In this document: positions 18,200-25,755 of the stretch, one piece after another | Layout of the letters: every line of letters begins with the position of its first letter | How positions within the stretch are numbered: the stretch's first letter is position 1 | Source of the DNA: an uncultured beta proteobacterium | GTDB lineage: Bacteria; Pseudomonadota; Gammaproteobacteria; Burkholderiales; Nitrosomonadaceae | Assembly (NCBI GenBank): GCA_942493155.1 | Contig: OW818677.1 | Span: forward strand, 2,169,302 to 2,201,301 | Direction: 5' to 3' | Length of the DNA: 32,000 nt | Notes under the pieces: generated by a model | What the model saw: only the letters and a program-made list of their open reading frames with translations | Databases searched by the model: none | Told to the model about the DNA's origin: nothing | Program-made: the position numbers and the translations under genes

Positions 18200-18577
18200 C
18201 TATTTTACATAATACAAATTGATCTCACTCCCTTTTTCTGACATAGCAGCATGGGCAGGGGAGGAAGTCATTGAACTACCACCGAAAATTAATGCCGCCG
18301 CCGCTATAGTCGCAGCTCTAGAAAAACAACTTTTAAAAATTTTTATCTTTTCTTCGTCTTTCTCAGTAACAAGATTACTTGCAGCAATAACTTCAAGTCT
18401 ATCCGCACCAATATAGTCAGCGAGTTTTATACAAATATCTGCGGGCAAGCCTCTTCTTCCGCTTTTAACTATCCTTATATAACTATCTGGAATCCCTAGA
18501 ATTCTTGCTAATTCTATTTGCTTTCCGGCTTTTTCCTCACCCAATTCTAGGTATTTTTTCATTTCCATAGTATTCAT
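18200..18577 (-). CDS. XRE-family HTH repressor with a hydrophobic C-terminal segment
   Basis: QIELARILGIPDSYIRIVKSGRRGLP is a Cro/C1-type HTH. The gene is divergent from the replication operon. Its last nine codons lie inside the dif-like site. Confidence 0.75.
   Translation of the reverse strand: MNTMEMKKYLELGEEKAGKQIELARILGIPDSYIRIVKSGRRGLPADICIKLADYIGADRLEVIAASNLVTEKDEEKIKIFKSCFSRAATIAAAALIFGGSSMTSSPAHAAMSEKGSEINLYYVK
18202..18229 (-). other. dif-like Xer recombination site at the junction of units A and B
   Basis: The reverse complement is AGTGAGATCAA-TTTGTA-TTATGTAAAAT. Its XerD arm matches E. coli dif (TTATGTTAAAT) at 10 of 11 positions. Homology with the 27339 region stops exactly here. 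Confidence 0.65.
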
Positions 18578-18583
18578 GTCCTA

Positions 18584-18645
18584 TTGACAGTTACAAACGC
18601 AACTGATAATTTCAGTTACGTTTGTATCGGATCCATTTGTAACTG
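18584..18645 (+). promoter_or_regulatory. Divergent promoter/operator region of unit B
   Basis: TTGACA (18584-18589) and GATAAT (18605-18610). The motif CAGTTAC occurs three times: 18588 and 18613 direct, 18639 inverted. Each copy carries AAACG or CGTTT/TTTG flanks. Confidence 0.55.
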
Positions 18646-18697
18646 CATTTGTTCGCATATTACGGCTCAGATTTCCATAAGTCAAGGAAGGGTATTC

Positions 18698-18985
18698 ATG
18701 AGAAACATTAAAAATAGTTATTTTCGAGCAATTCATGAAGTAACTTGCAACGGTAAATTACCGGAGTATTCCGATTTGTGGCGCTGCTACCATCCTACTG
18801 CTTTGATGCTGGATAGCGATTATTGCCTATTTGCAGATTCAAGCCGGTTTTCGACGACGACGCAGGAGGAGGAGATAACCGGCAGCGCACCTAAAAAAAT
18901 ACTTTACGTCCCAGTTACACGTAAAGTTAGTCTCACAGATGAGACAAAAGAGCAAAAATTGAACGCTGGAATGATTCAAAGATGA
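18698..18985 (+). CDS. Hypothetical 95-aa phage protein upstream of Rep
   Basis: ATG preceded by AAGGAAG. Its stop overlaps the Rep start (ATGA). Confidence 0.5.
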   Translation: MRNIKNSYFRAIHEVTCNGKLPEYSDLWRCYHPTALMLDSDYCLFADSSRFSTTTQEEEITGSAPKKILYVPVTRKVSLTDETKEQKLNAGMIQR

Positions 18986-19992
18986 TGAATTTAATTCCTG
19001 TCTTTGTCGACTATTTAACTATCCGACAAGTGCATGACGGCGGCAAACTGCCAATCATTAATGGTGGTAGGGTGCTCAGAATTGATTCGGATGGCGAGAT
19101 TGAATATACCGTGGATACTCGGCAAGGCTTGGAAGGTAGTTTTGATAGCCGGGTAGAAGTTCGCTGTGATGGTCATCAAGTGGAATTCAGTGGCAATATT
19201 TCTCGCTATGGCCGACAAGATAATCTTTTCGGTTTTACTTTCGCGGATAGTATCGAACGGATTAATGAACTGCTAAAAACTCTGGGTTTGCCGCCTTTTA
19301 CTGCTGGCAAATTATACAAATTTGCTGATTCTGGCTGGACATGGACAGGTGCCAGAGTCAGCCGGATAGACATAACCTGCAATTATGTCACCGGCTCTAT
19401 GGTCGACTCCGAAGCATTACTCCGAAATATGGCAGGTCACCATATTGGCCGCCAAAAAGGCTCCCTAGCGGTTAATGGCGCAACAGTTGAATATGGCCGG
19501 GGTTCCAAATATGTTTACGGCAAACTCTACTGTAAAACCACTGAACTAAAAAAACACCGCTCCAAAAAATCCGGTCAACACGTCACTGAGGAAGTTATCG
19601 ACTTTTGCCAATCTCTCGGAGTAATACGAGAAGAGTTTACCCTTAAATCGCGCTTTCTTCTACAAAACGGCCTGGCTTTTCTAGGCGCAATAACCGACTC
19701 ATTATTGATTGAGGTTTATATGAACAGAACACAATTACAACGACTGGAGAACGTGAAATACGAGAATTTCAGCGATTTACCAGCACACCTAAGAGCAACG
19801 TATGTCAGTTGGAAATATGGTTACCCAATCGATCTTTCACGGGCTGCATTTTATCGTCATCGTAAAGCTTTGCTTTCCTACGGTATAGATATCTCCATTC
19901 CAAACAACGTTCAAACGATGCCAATTAAAGTGAAAACTATCGAACTGGCTGCACTTACAGCGCCTGACTGGTACATCAAGAAATACGCTTAA
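18982..19992 (+). CDS. Rolling-circle replication initiation protein (filamentous phage gene II/X, Phage_CRI-like)
   Basis: Call rests on position, size (336 aa), and N-terminal DYLTIRQ and RIDITCNY blocks resembling Phage_CRI-type initiators. Not verifiable without a search. Confidence 0.6.
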   Translation: MMNLIPVFVDYLTIRQVHDGGKLPIINGGRVLRIDSDGEIEYTVDTRQGLEGSFDSRVEVRCDGHQVEFSGNISRYGRQDNLFGFTFADSIERINELLKTLGLPPFTAGKLYKFADSGWTWTGARVSRIDITCNYVTGSMVDSEALLRNMAGHHIGRQKGSLAVNGATVEYGRGSKYVYGKLYCKTTELKKHRSKKSGQHVTEEVIDFCQSLGVIREEFTLKSRFLLQNGLAFLGAITDSLLIEVYMNRTQLQRLENVKYENFSDLPAHLRATYVSWKYGYPIDLSRAAFYRHRKALLSYGIDISIPNNVQTMPIKVKTIELAALTAPDWYIKKYA

Positions 19993-20067
19993 TTTTTAGT
20001 TTTACGCTCTGAATTCATTAACTGCCGGTTCAGATAAAGCGTTAATAGGTGGTGTTAAGGGGTTGTT

Positions 20068-20364
20068 ATGTTAGAGAAAGTAAAAGTGACAGGTATCACA
20101 TTCTTCAAAGATACCATCGACGGAAAGCCAATTGATTCAGGCGCGGCATTTGTTGAAGAACATTTGAATTTCCAGACGGGCAGGTCAAAGGGCACTGCAA
20201 CACAAAAATACCCGTTAGGCGATGCAGGCAAAGCACAAGCCCTGATGCACCTGGAATTTCCTCTGATCTGTGAAGTTGAATTTGTTCGTGTAACTAATGG
20301 CAATGTTTCCAAGAATATAATCAACTCAATTAAACCGGTTTCTCAAGTTAAACCTGCCGCGTGA
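20068..20364 (+). CDS. Putative ssDNA-binding protein (gene V analogue)
   Basis: 98-aa ORF between Rep and the major coat gene. The call is by position only. Confidence 0.4.
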   Translation: MLEKVKVTGITFFKDTIDGKPIDSGAAFVEEHLNFQTGRSKGTATQKYPLGDAGKAQALMHLEFPLICEVEFVRVTNGNVSKNIINSIKPVSQVKPAA

Positions 20365-20439
20365 TTTCAGCCTATACGCTCTTAGTTGGGGCGTATGGGG
20401 TGCAATTCCGCACCATTTAAACTTAAAGGAGTATTCAAT

Positions 20440-20715
20440 ATGTTTAGCAAAATAAAAAACTGGTTAATTTCTGCAAAAGACGCTGTGATAGCGCTCGGTC
20501 GCCGTGTAGTACAAAAAACCAAACGTTATGTTGCCGCTTTCTTCCTAACCTTCGGTATCACTTTTGGTTTTCTCTCTCCGGTTCACGCTGACGTACCCGC
20601 CGGTGTAACCACTGCCATCACAACCGCCGCAACCGATGTTGCAACCGTAGGTGCCGCCGTCATTCTCGTGTTCGTCGGCATCAAAGTCTGGAAATGGATT
20701 AAAGCCGCTCTGTAA
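20440..20715 (+). CDS. Inovirus major coat protein precursor
   Basis: ATG preceded by AAAGGAG. Leader ends in VHA. The predicted mature peptide is DVPAGVTTAITTAATDVATVGAAVILVFVGIKVWKWIKAAL: acidic N-terminus, hydrophobic core and basic C-terminus. Confidence 0.8.
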   Translation: MFSKIKNWLISAKDAVIALGRRVVQKTKRYVAAFFLTFGITFGFLSPVHADVPAGVTTAITTAATDVATVGAAVILVFVGIKVWKWIKAAL

Positions 20716-20716
20716 C

Positions 20717-21013
20717 ATGGCTTATCTGTATCAGGGAAAATGTCTTGATACCGTGCAGCGGCTACATGAATCTGTGGCCGCTGCATGTCCACCCGTATCC
20801 GGCAATTACTCCCTTCAATGTACGCCAACAAGCACGCAAGTCGATATTGTCGCTGCCGACCTCACGAACTCTATCATTTATTCCAGTGTGCTTGTTCCTC
20901 CTCAAATTCCCTGTGATGTAACCCTATTGGATCAAACCGCCTTTTACTGGCAATTAGTCGGCGTTTTGGTCGCGGGTTTCGCTATCCGGGCACTGATACA
21001 GGTCTTTAAATAA
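20717..21013 (+). CDS. Putative minor virion/membrane protein (98 aa, C-terminal TM helix)
   Basis: The ATG lies 1 nt after the coat gene stop. C-terminal YWQLVGVLVAGFAIRALIQVF. Confidence 0.5.
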   Translation: MAYLYQGKCLDTVQRLHESVAAACPPVSGNYSLQCTPTSTQVDIVAADLTNSIIYSSVLVPPQIPCDVTLLDQTAFYWQLVGVLVAGFAIRALIQVFK

Positions 21014-21087
21014 TGGAACTCTGGATTGTTGACTTGGGTTATATGCTGGCTTTCTTAGGTGCGCTATGGCTTATCTTTACCGCTTAA
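21013..21087 (+). CDS. Possible 24-aa hydrophobic minor coat protein (g7p/g9p-like micro-ORF)
   Basis: TAATG overlap with the preceding stop. Product is MELWIVDLGYMLAFLGALWLIFTA. Below the ORF-track size cut-off and found by hand. Confidence 0.3.
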   Translation: MELWIVDLGYMLAFLGALWLIFTA

Positions 21088-22376
21088 TAGTTATTTTAAT
21101 CATTGCATTACCAAACCTTGTTAATGCTCAATCTGCGCCAGTCGGTGCCATCGATCTGGCCGGATGGATCAAGGGCGCTGACGGTGCTTATTCTCGGGCT
21201 TTCGCTGATGGTGCCGGATCCAGAGCAACACCAACCAATTCCACAATAAATAGCACATCTACCGCGTTGGTTCAGACATCCAAAGGCTTGCAGTCCTTCG
21301 ATATCCAAAAAATTGCTGCTGTCGATGTGAACCGGGTAGGCGCCGCGGTGGCCAATTTAGCCAAGCGGGTTGGACCAGTCGGCATGACCTTGACGGCCGC
21401 ATCACTGGTTTGTGAACTGACTACTATCTGCAATCAAGCCGGACAATGGATGCTCGGTGCCGATCCTGCTTTTGAAGGTTTTCCAACCACAACACCAAAT
21501 TATAAATGGGGTGGTTATGGTGGTTATTATCCTAGCCCTGAAATAGCATGTAATGCTGCTGTGAAAGTCCATTATAACGGCGCATATTCTGCTAACCCTG
21601 CGCCTTACAATGGACAAGATAATTATTATGATTGTCATTATAAGGATGCTAATGGTAATCCTACTTATATTTCTGGCTATTCTCCCCGTTCGGCTGGTTG
21701 CCCTGATAACTATGTATTCAATGGCACTCTATGTGCTCTTCAAGGTAATGCTGAAAGTCGTGTTCCAACTGCCTCCGATTGGGATTCCAAGCAACCATTG
21801 CTGAATGATCAACGCTTTGTACCTGAACTGAACGAGAAGGGAGCGGATATCCCGACCGGCGTTCCCACATTAACGCCCAACCAAAAAAAGCAGCTTGGCC
21901 TTGATTCTGTTCCAACCAAAGACAGCAGCGGCAACATAACAGGGCGCGAAGATACCACTACCGAAATTGAAGCCGTAGACGCGGGAACCTCTGATAATCC
22001 CGGCCGCGTCATTATTAAGGAAACCAAGACCACGATCAAATATGACACCAATAATACGCAGATAAGCAGCACCACCAATACCAGCTACAGCTCGCAGCCA
22101 CAAGAAAAAGAGCCGCCACAATATACGATTTCATTTGATAGCGTGCCAGAAGCAACGCTTCCAAGTTACAGCGTACCCAATACCTTCAGTTCAGATAGTT
22201 GGGGCTCCGGCACTTGTCCGCCCAATATCGATGTATCGCTAACCAATCATTCTTTCACCATACCGACACAGCCAGTCTGTGACACGGCGGAAATGATTAA
22301 CCCTTTCACGCTTCTTTTGGCTTCAATCATCAGCGTCTACATTATCGCGGGGGTTCGTGGCGGCTCTGCTACGTAA
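21066..22376 (+). CDS. g3p-like minor coat/adsorption protein (intact copy)
   Basis: Signal peptide (LIIALPNLVNA), Cys-containing N-terminal domain, T/S/N-rich linker and C-terminal TM anchor (LLLASIISVYIIAGV). Lies upstream of g6p and zot. Confidence 0.7.
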   Translation: MAYLYRLIVILIIALPNLVNAQSAPVGAIDLAGWIKGADGAYSRAFADGAGSRATPTNSTINSTSTALVQTSKGLQSFDIQKIAAVDVNRVGAAVANLAKRVGPVGMTLTAASLVCELTTICNQAGQWMLGADPAFEGFPTTTPNYKWGGYGGYYPSPEIACNAAVKVHYNGAYSANPAPYNGQDNYYDCHYKDANGNPTYISGYSPRSAGCPDNYVFNGTLCALQGNAESRVPTASDWDSKQPLLNDQRFVPELNEKGADIPTGVPTLTPNQKKQLGLDSVPTKDSSGNITGREDTTTEIEAVDAGTSDNPGRVIIKETKTTIKYDTNNTQISSTTNTSYSSQPQEKEPPQYTISFDSVPEATLPSYSVPNTFSSDSWGSGTCPPNIDVSLTNHSFTIPTQPVCDTAEMINPFTLLLASIISVYIIAGVRGGSAT

Positions 22377-22382
22377 ATAACT

Positions 22383-22673
22383 ATGTTCAATATCTTAATT
22401 CCTTTAGGTGCATTTCTTTCGGCTGGTGTTGGCTTTCTAGCAATCCGTGCATTGATGGGCGTAGGTGTCGGCCTTATCAGTTATGGCGCGGTCGGTGTTG
22501 TCCTGCAGCAGCTTCTAACCTTGGCGCAAGGCCATTACAACAATATTCCAGCCTTCGCGCTGCAAATCGCCGGACTCTCTGGCATTGGCCAAGCGCTCGG
22601 CATGATCGCCGGTGCCATTACTTTCAGGGCTACTTTCATGTTGATGTCTAAACTCGGAGTGATTCCAAAATGA
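22383..22673 (+). CDS. Inovirus g6p-like small membrane protein (DUF2523-like), unit B
   Basis: 96-aa hydrophobic protein that overlaps the zot start. Confidence 0.7.
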   Translation: MFNILIPLGAFLSAGVGFLAIRALMGVGVGLISYGAVGVVLQQLLTLAQGHYNNIPAFALQIAGLSGIGQALGMIAGAITFRATFMLMSKLGVIPK

Positions 22674-23638
22674 CAATTATCGTTTTAACGGCTACGCCGG
22701 GCTGTGGCAAAACCAATCACGCGGTATGGAGGTATATAAAACCAGCGGTGGAAGTGGGGCGTGTTGTTTATGTTTGCGGTGTACCTGACTTAAAGCTCAT
22801 GCACATCAAGCTATCGATAAATAAGCTCAATACCTGGGCAGAACGCACACCCCTAGACCCGGAAGAACCGGAAGGAAAGCAAAAACTAAACAACATCTTG
22901 GAAGGTAGTCTTATTGTAGTGGATGAAGCTGCTTATCCGTGGCCGGCCGTTGACTTGAAAGACCCGCCCGAGCATATCAAATACCTAAGCCAACATAGAA
23001 AGCACGGCCTGGACTTCCTTGTTATTACTCAGTCACCGAAGTTTGTGCACCCGTTTGTACTGGAAAACGCTGATCGGCATATCCATTTAAGCCAAGAGTG
23101 GTCAGGCTCAAAAAGCTATGAATGGCCGGAGTACTGCGCCAATCCAAAGCTGAAAACCAACAAGCAGAATGCAGTCAAAAAGCCGTACCGGCTCATCAAA
23201 GAAGCATTCCCGCTGTATTACTCAGCAAGTCTGCATGTGGAAAAACCGAAGCGGGCGATACCTAAAATGGTCTATGCGGCAATTTTCCTGCTCTTTGCAG
23301 TGCCAGCTATGGCGATGTTCACTTATGGCCGTGTAACCGAGCGGCTTGAGTCTCAAATCGCATCCACAGAAACCGAAAAAAACACAATAGCGAAGCAGGG
23401 GGGTGATACGCCGTCAACAAGCGCAATACCGGTATCTCAGCCTGTCATTGCATTACCGAGTACAAAACAATCGCTCTCAATGCTTTCTGATGCGGTCGAT
23501 TGGTCGCAGGTCGCGGCCTGTGTGGAAAACAAAACCAACTGCGTTTGTTATGGGCATAAAGCGCAACGCTTATCCATTGTTCCGGAAACCTGCCAAGCGG
23601 CCGTGAAGTATGGATGGATTGATACTAAACAACTTTAA
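22670..23638 (+). CDS. Zot/pI-like filamentous phage assembly ATPase, unit B
   Basis: Walker A ATPGCGKT, Walker B LIVVDEA and a TM helix. Confidence 0.85.
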   Translation: MTIIVLTATPGCGKTNHAVWRYIKPAVEVGRVVYVCGVPDLKLMHIKLSINKLNTWAERTPLDPEEPEGKQKLNNILEGSLIVVDEAAYPWPAVDLKDPPEHIKYLSQHRKHGLDFLVITQSPKFVHPFVLENADRHIHLSQEWSGSKSYEWPEYCANPKLKTNKQNAVKKPYRLIKEAFPLYYSASLHVEKPKRAIPKMVYAAIFLLFAVPAMAMFTYGRVTERLESQIASTETEKNTIAKQGGDTPSTSAIPVSQPVIALPSTKQSLSMLSDAVDWSQVAACVENKTNCVCYGHKAQRLSIVPETCQAAVKYGWIDTKQL

Positions 23639-23648
23639 AGGAGTAATT

Positions 23649-23819
23649 ATGAAACAGACGCAGGAAAGATTTAATTATCTAATGGAAACACTTGATGAGC
23701 AGAGAATGTCAATTCTTCTTGATGACTTAACACCCGAGGAAAGAGAAGCTACCAATGCAATAATTGCCGATCTTGAAGCAGAACTCGAAGAATATGGTTT
23801 AAATATCTCCAGTAGCTGA
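23649..23819 (+). CDS. Small, strongly acidic 56-aa protein
   Basis: ATG preceded by AAAGGAG. Product is MKQTQERFNYLMETLDEQRMSILLDDLTPEEREATNAIIADLEAELEEYGLNISSS. Unit A keeps only a degenerate trace of its 5' end (14708-14730). Confidence 0.5.
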   Translation: MKQTQERFNYLMETLDEQRMSILLDDLTPEEREATNAIIADLEAELEEYGLNISSS

Positions 23820-23895
23820 TATCCGAAGAAGGTTCCGAGGCTTGACCGAAGGTCAAACGTAGGAATTCCGGATTCAGCGTCAACGGGTTACAACT

Positions 23896-23925
23896 GGCGC
23901 TCGGCCATGCCGAGCCGCCGCTTTT
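23896..23925 (+). terminator. GC-rich hairpin followed by a T-rich tract after the structural operon
   Basis: GGCGCTCGG-CCATG-CCGAGC(C)GCC, then GCTTTTACGTTT. A smaller hairpin, TTGACC-GAA-GGTCAA, lies at 23842-23856. Confidence 0.5.
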
Positions 23926-24121
23926 ACGTTTAAAATCCCCTTTTTTTACAGAACGGTTTATATTTCATGTTGCTGCGGTAAAAATCCATTCTTTGCTCTT
24001 GCTTGTTAAACCAAGTTTCGTCCTAAATATCGATTCTATTTTTGAAATGCAATTTTAAATTCCATCAGAATTGTTATCATGTAATATCGCATTATCTTTG
24101 TATCTTCAATGAGGCGATCAT

Positions 24122-24850
24122 TTGTTAATTGAGTCCCTGGAGTCATTACGATCTCGCGTTATCACTGACTTTTGTGCAGTAATGGAGTTTAAGCTTTACA
24201 CCGACCTCGCCTACATATTAAGTGGAGAATATACAAAATCAATTCCTGGGGGTGAATTTATTATTGACTATCCAGCTATTGCTCCGTTTCTCAGCCTTGC
24301 ACCAAATATAATTAACCCATATGAATTGCCTCATCGCCTCGAACAAGCTAAAAATAGCTACCTGTTACTACTTGTTCATCAACAACAGGTTGCGATATTT
24401 GAGAACTCTTTCTTCGATATACTGCGCACTCTATTTATTGATCAACCATTAAGGTTACCCAATAAACAGCGTCAAATTGAATATTCCATAATTATCAATG
24501 CTCAAGATAAAGATGAGATTATTTTTGCCCTTATTGAAAAAGAAATAAACGAAATTAAATATAAAAATGTTAAAGATTGGTTTAAATACTTAGAAAATCT
24601 TGTTTCCAAATATAAGATTACCGACTCTGATCTGGGACGAATCGCGGAAGCAAAAGCAACACGTGATTTATTTGCACACAATGCTGGAATCGTAAACGAA
24701 ATCTATTTACAAAAGGCCGGAAATTTTGCGCGCTTTAAAATTGGTGAGAGCGTTTCAGTAGAAGGAGATTATATGCGCGATACTTGGGTAGTATTTTCAA
24801 GGGTGTTGATCTTAATTTTAGATCTTCTTATAAAAAAATATAAAACTTAG
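24122..24850 (+). CDS. HEPN-like protein with Rx4H motif (242 aa), cargo of unit B
   Basis: ATRDLFAHNAG gives R-x4-H followed by N. The upstream helix VAIFENSFFDIL is in the same relative place as HWGKYLCVLVAGF in the 17063 protein. TTG start is preceded by GAGG, and ATG 24182 is an alternative. Confidence 0.55.
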   Translation: MLIESLESLRSRVITDFCAVMEFKLYTDLAYILSGEYTKSIPGGEFIIDYPAIAPFLSLAPNIINPYELPHRLEQAKNSYLLLLVHQQQVAIFENSFFDILRTLFIDQPLRLPNKQRQIEYSIIINAQDKDEIIFALIEKEINEIKYKNVKDWFKYLENLVSKYKITDSDLGRIAEAKATRDLFAHNAGIVNEIYLQKAGNFARFKIGESVSVEGDYMRDTWVVFSRVLILILDLLIKKYKT

Positions 24851-24916
24851 ACAAATAATATTGCTTTAACTGAACTCTTTTTTACATGTAAGCTATATCT
24901 AATTGGTATTTCTACA

Positions 24917-25336
24917 ATGACAAGACCTTCAATTTCATTTTTTGTATTGATTATGATGCTATTGACTATTAATCCGGCGCTAGCGCTGTCAGATTATAGG
25001 TGTTTGATTCAAAGAATCATAACAGCAGAGGAGCAGTCACAAAAGCTAACATTTTATGAAAAAAATTACTTAAATAAAGAATTTACCGTTGAGCGAAGTA
25101 CTGGATTAATGGCTGGCGCTTTGAAGAACTCATACGTCACAAAGCCTCAAGTCATTGATTATGGCTCACATGAAAATTCATTTAAAGTTATAACAACCAT
25201 GCGCTTAGAGCAAGGTGTCGGCTTGGGATCGAATGTATATATGCTCACTATTAACGAATATTCTGAATCCTCAAAGAAGCCCTTTGTTTTTATCGATAAT
25301 GATGTTGTTTACCTTGGAGAATGTGTCCATTTTTAG
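24917..25336 (+). CDS. Secreted/periplasmic hypothetical protein (139 aa)
   Basis: Signal peptide FFVLIMMLLTINPALA-LS. Two cysteines. No motif recognised. Confidence 0.5.
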   Translation: MTRPSISFFVLIMMLLTINPALALSDYRCLIQRIITAEEQSQKLTFYEKNYLNKEFTVERSTGLMAGALKNSYVTKPQVIDYGSHENSFKVITTMRLEQGVGLGSNVYMLTINEYSESSKKPFVFIDNDVVYLGECVHF

Positions 25337-25364
25337 AGCTACAGCTCGAAGTGTATTCTCCCTA

Positions 25365-25432
25365 AAGGGTGCATGCTGTCCGATCCCTAACTCGGTTTAT
25401 CTTTATTCTGACTTCCTCATTTTGCTGAACGA
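25365..25432. repeat. Copy 2 of the approximately 70-bp element shared by the two cargo regions
   Basis: AAAGGGTGCATGCTGTCCGATCCCTAACTCGGTTTATCTTTATTCTGACTTCC... aligns with 15258-15328. Confidence 0.8.
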
Positions 25433-25482
25433 TTTTATTAATAAAGCAAACAAACATCAGTAATAATTTGCACAAGAATTAT

Positions 25483-25608
25483 TTATTTCTTGGGTATATG
25501 ATCCCTAACGAGACGTGGAGATGGTGGTGGAGGTGGAGGCGGTGGTGATGAGGTTTTATGATCACCTCCCGAGGGGTTTGATGGAGGTTTTTTTTGATTA
25601 TCAGTCAT
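25483..25608 (-). CDS. 41-aa polyproline micro-ORF (MTDNQKKPPSNPSGGDHKTSSPPPPPPPPSPRLVRDHIPKK)
   Basis: Hand translation. It starts 9 nt after the previous micro-ORF. The two start contexts are near-identical (AAAACAAAATGA). No clear Shine-Dalgarno sequence. Confidence 0.3.
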   Translation of the reverse strand: MTDNQKKPPSNPSGGDHKTSSPPPPPPPPSPRLVRDHIPKK

Positions 25609-25617
25609 TTTGTTTTA

Positions 25618-25755
25618 TTACTTAGGTTGTATAAGATTTCCGGGCTTTTTAACTATTTCTACACCTTCTTTAATTTGTCTCATAGCAGGTGGAGGTGGAG
25701 GTGGAGGAGCTGCATTAGGTTTTTTTATCGCGGAGTTTTCCTTAGTATCATTCAT
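25618..25755 (-). CDS. 45-aa polyproline micro-ORF (MNDTKENSAIKKPNAAPPPPPPPAMRQIKEGVEIVKKPGNLIQPK)
   Basis: Hand translation. Its ATG overlaps the stop of the upstream membrane-protein gene (ATGA). AAGGA lies 10 nt upstream. Confidence 0.4.
   Translation of the reverse strand: MNDTKENSAIKKPNAAPPPPPPPAMRQIKEGVEIVKKPGNLIQPK

Larger units (their letters stand above)
10844..18201 (+). mobile_element. Filamentous prophage unit A: 5'-truncated remnant (g3p'::IS, g6p-like, zot, intergenic region, cargo, regulator)
   Basis: 10844-11034 and 12776-14707 are colinear with 21522-23638 of unit B. The replication and coat modules are absent. The unit ends at the dif-like site at 18202. Confidence 0.75.

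Noticed and set aside
20048-20076. Plus-strand GGTGGTGTTAA...TTATGTTAGAG resembling dif in the opposite orientation (a CTX-style second attP arm?)
   Set aside because: The spacing would need a 7-bp central region. The XerC-like arm matches at only 7 of 11. The segment overlaps the ribosome-binding site and start of the 20068 gene. Probably coincidental.
20717-21080. The 98-aa minor protein and g3p both start MAYLY, with 11 identical nucleotides (ATGGCTTATCT)
   Set aside because: The similarity does not extend beyond the first five codons. It is too short to infer duplication or recoding.
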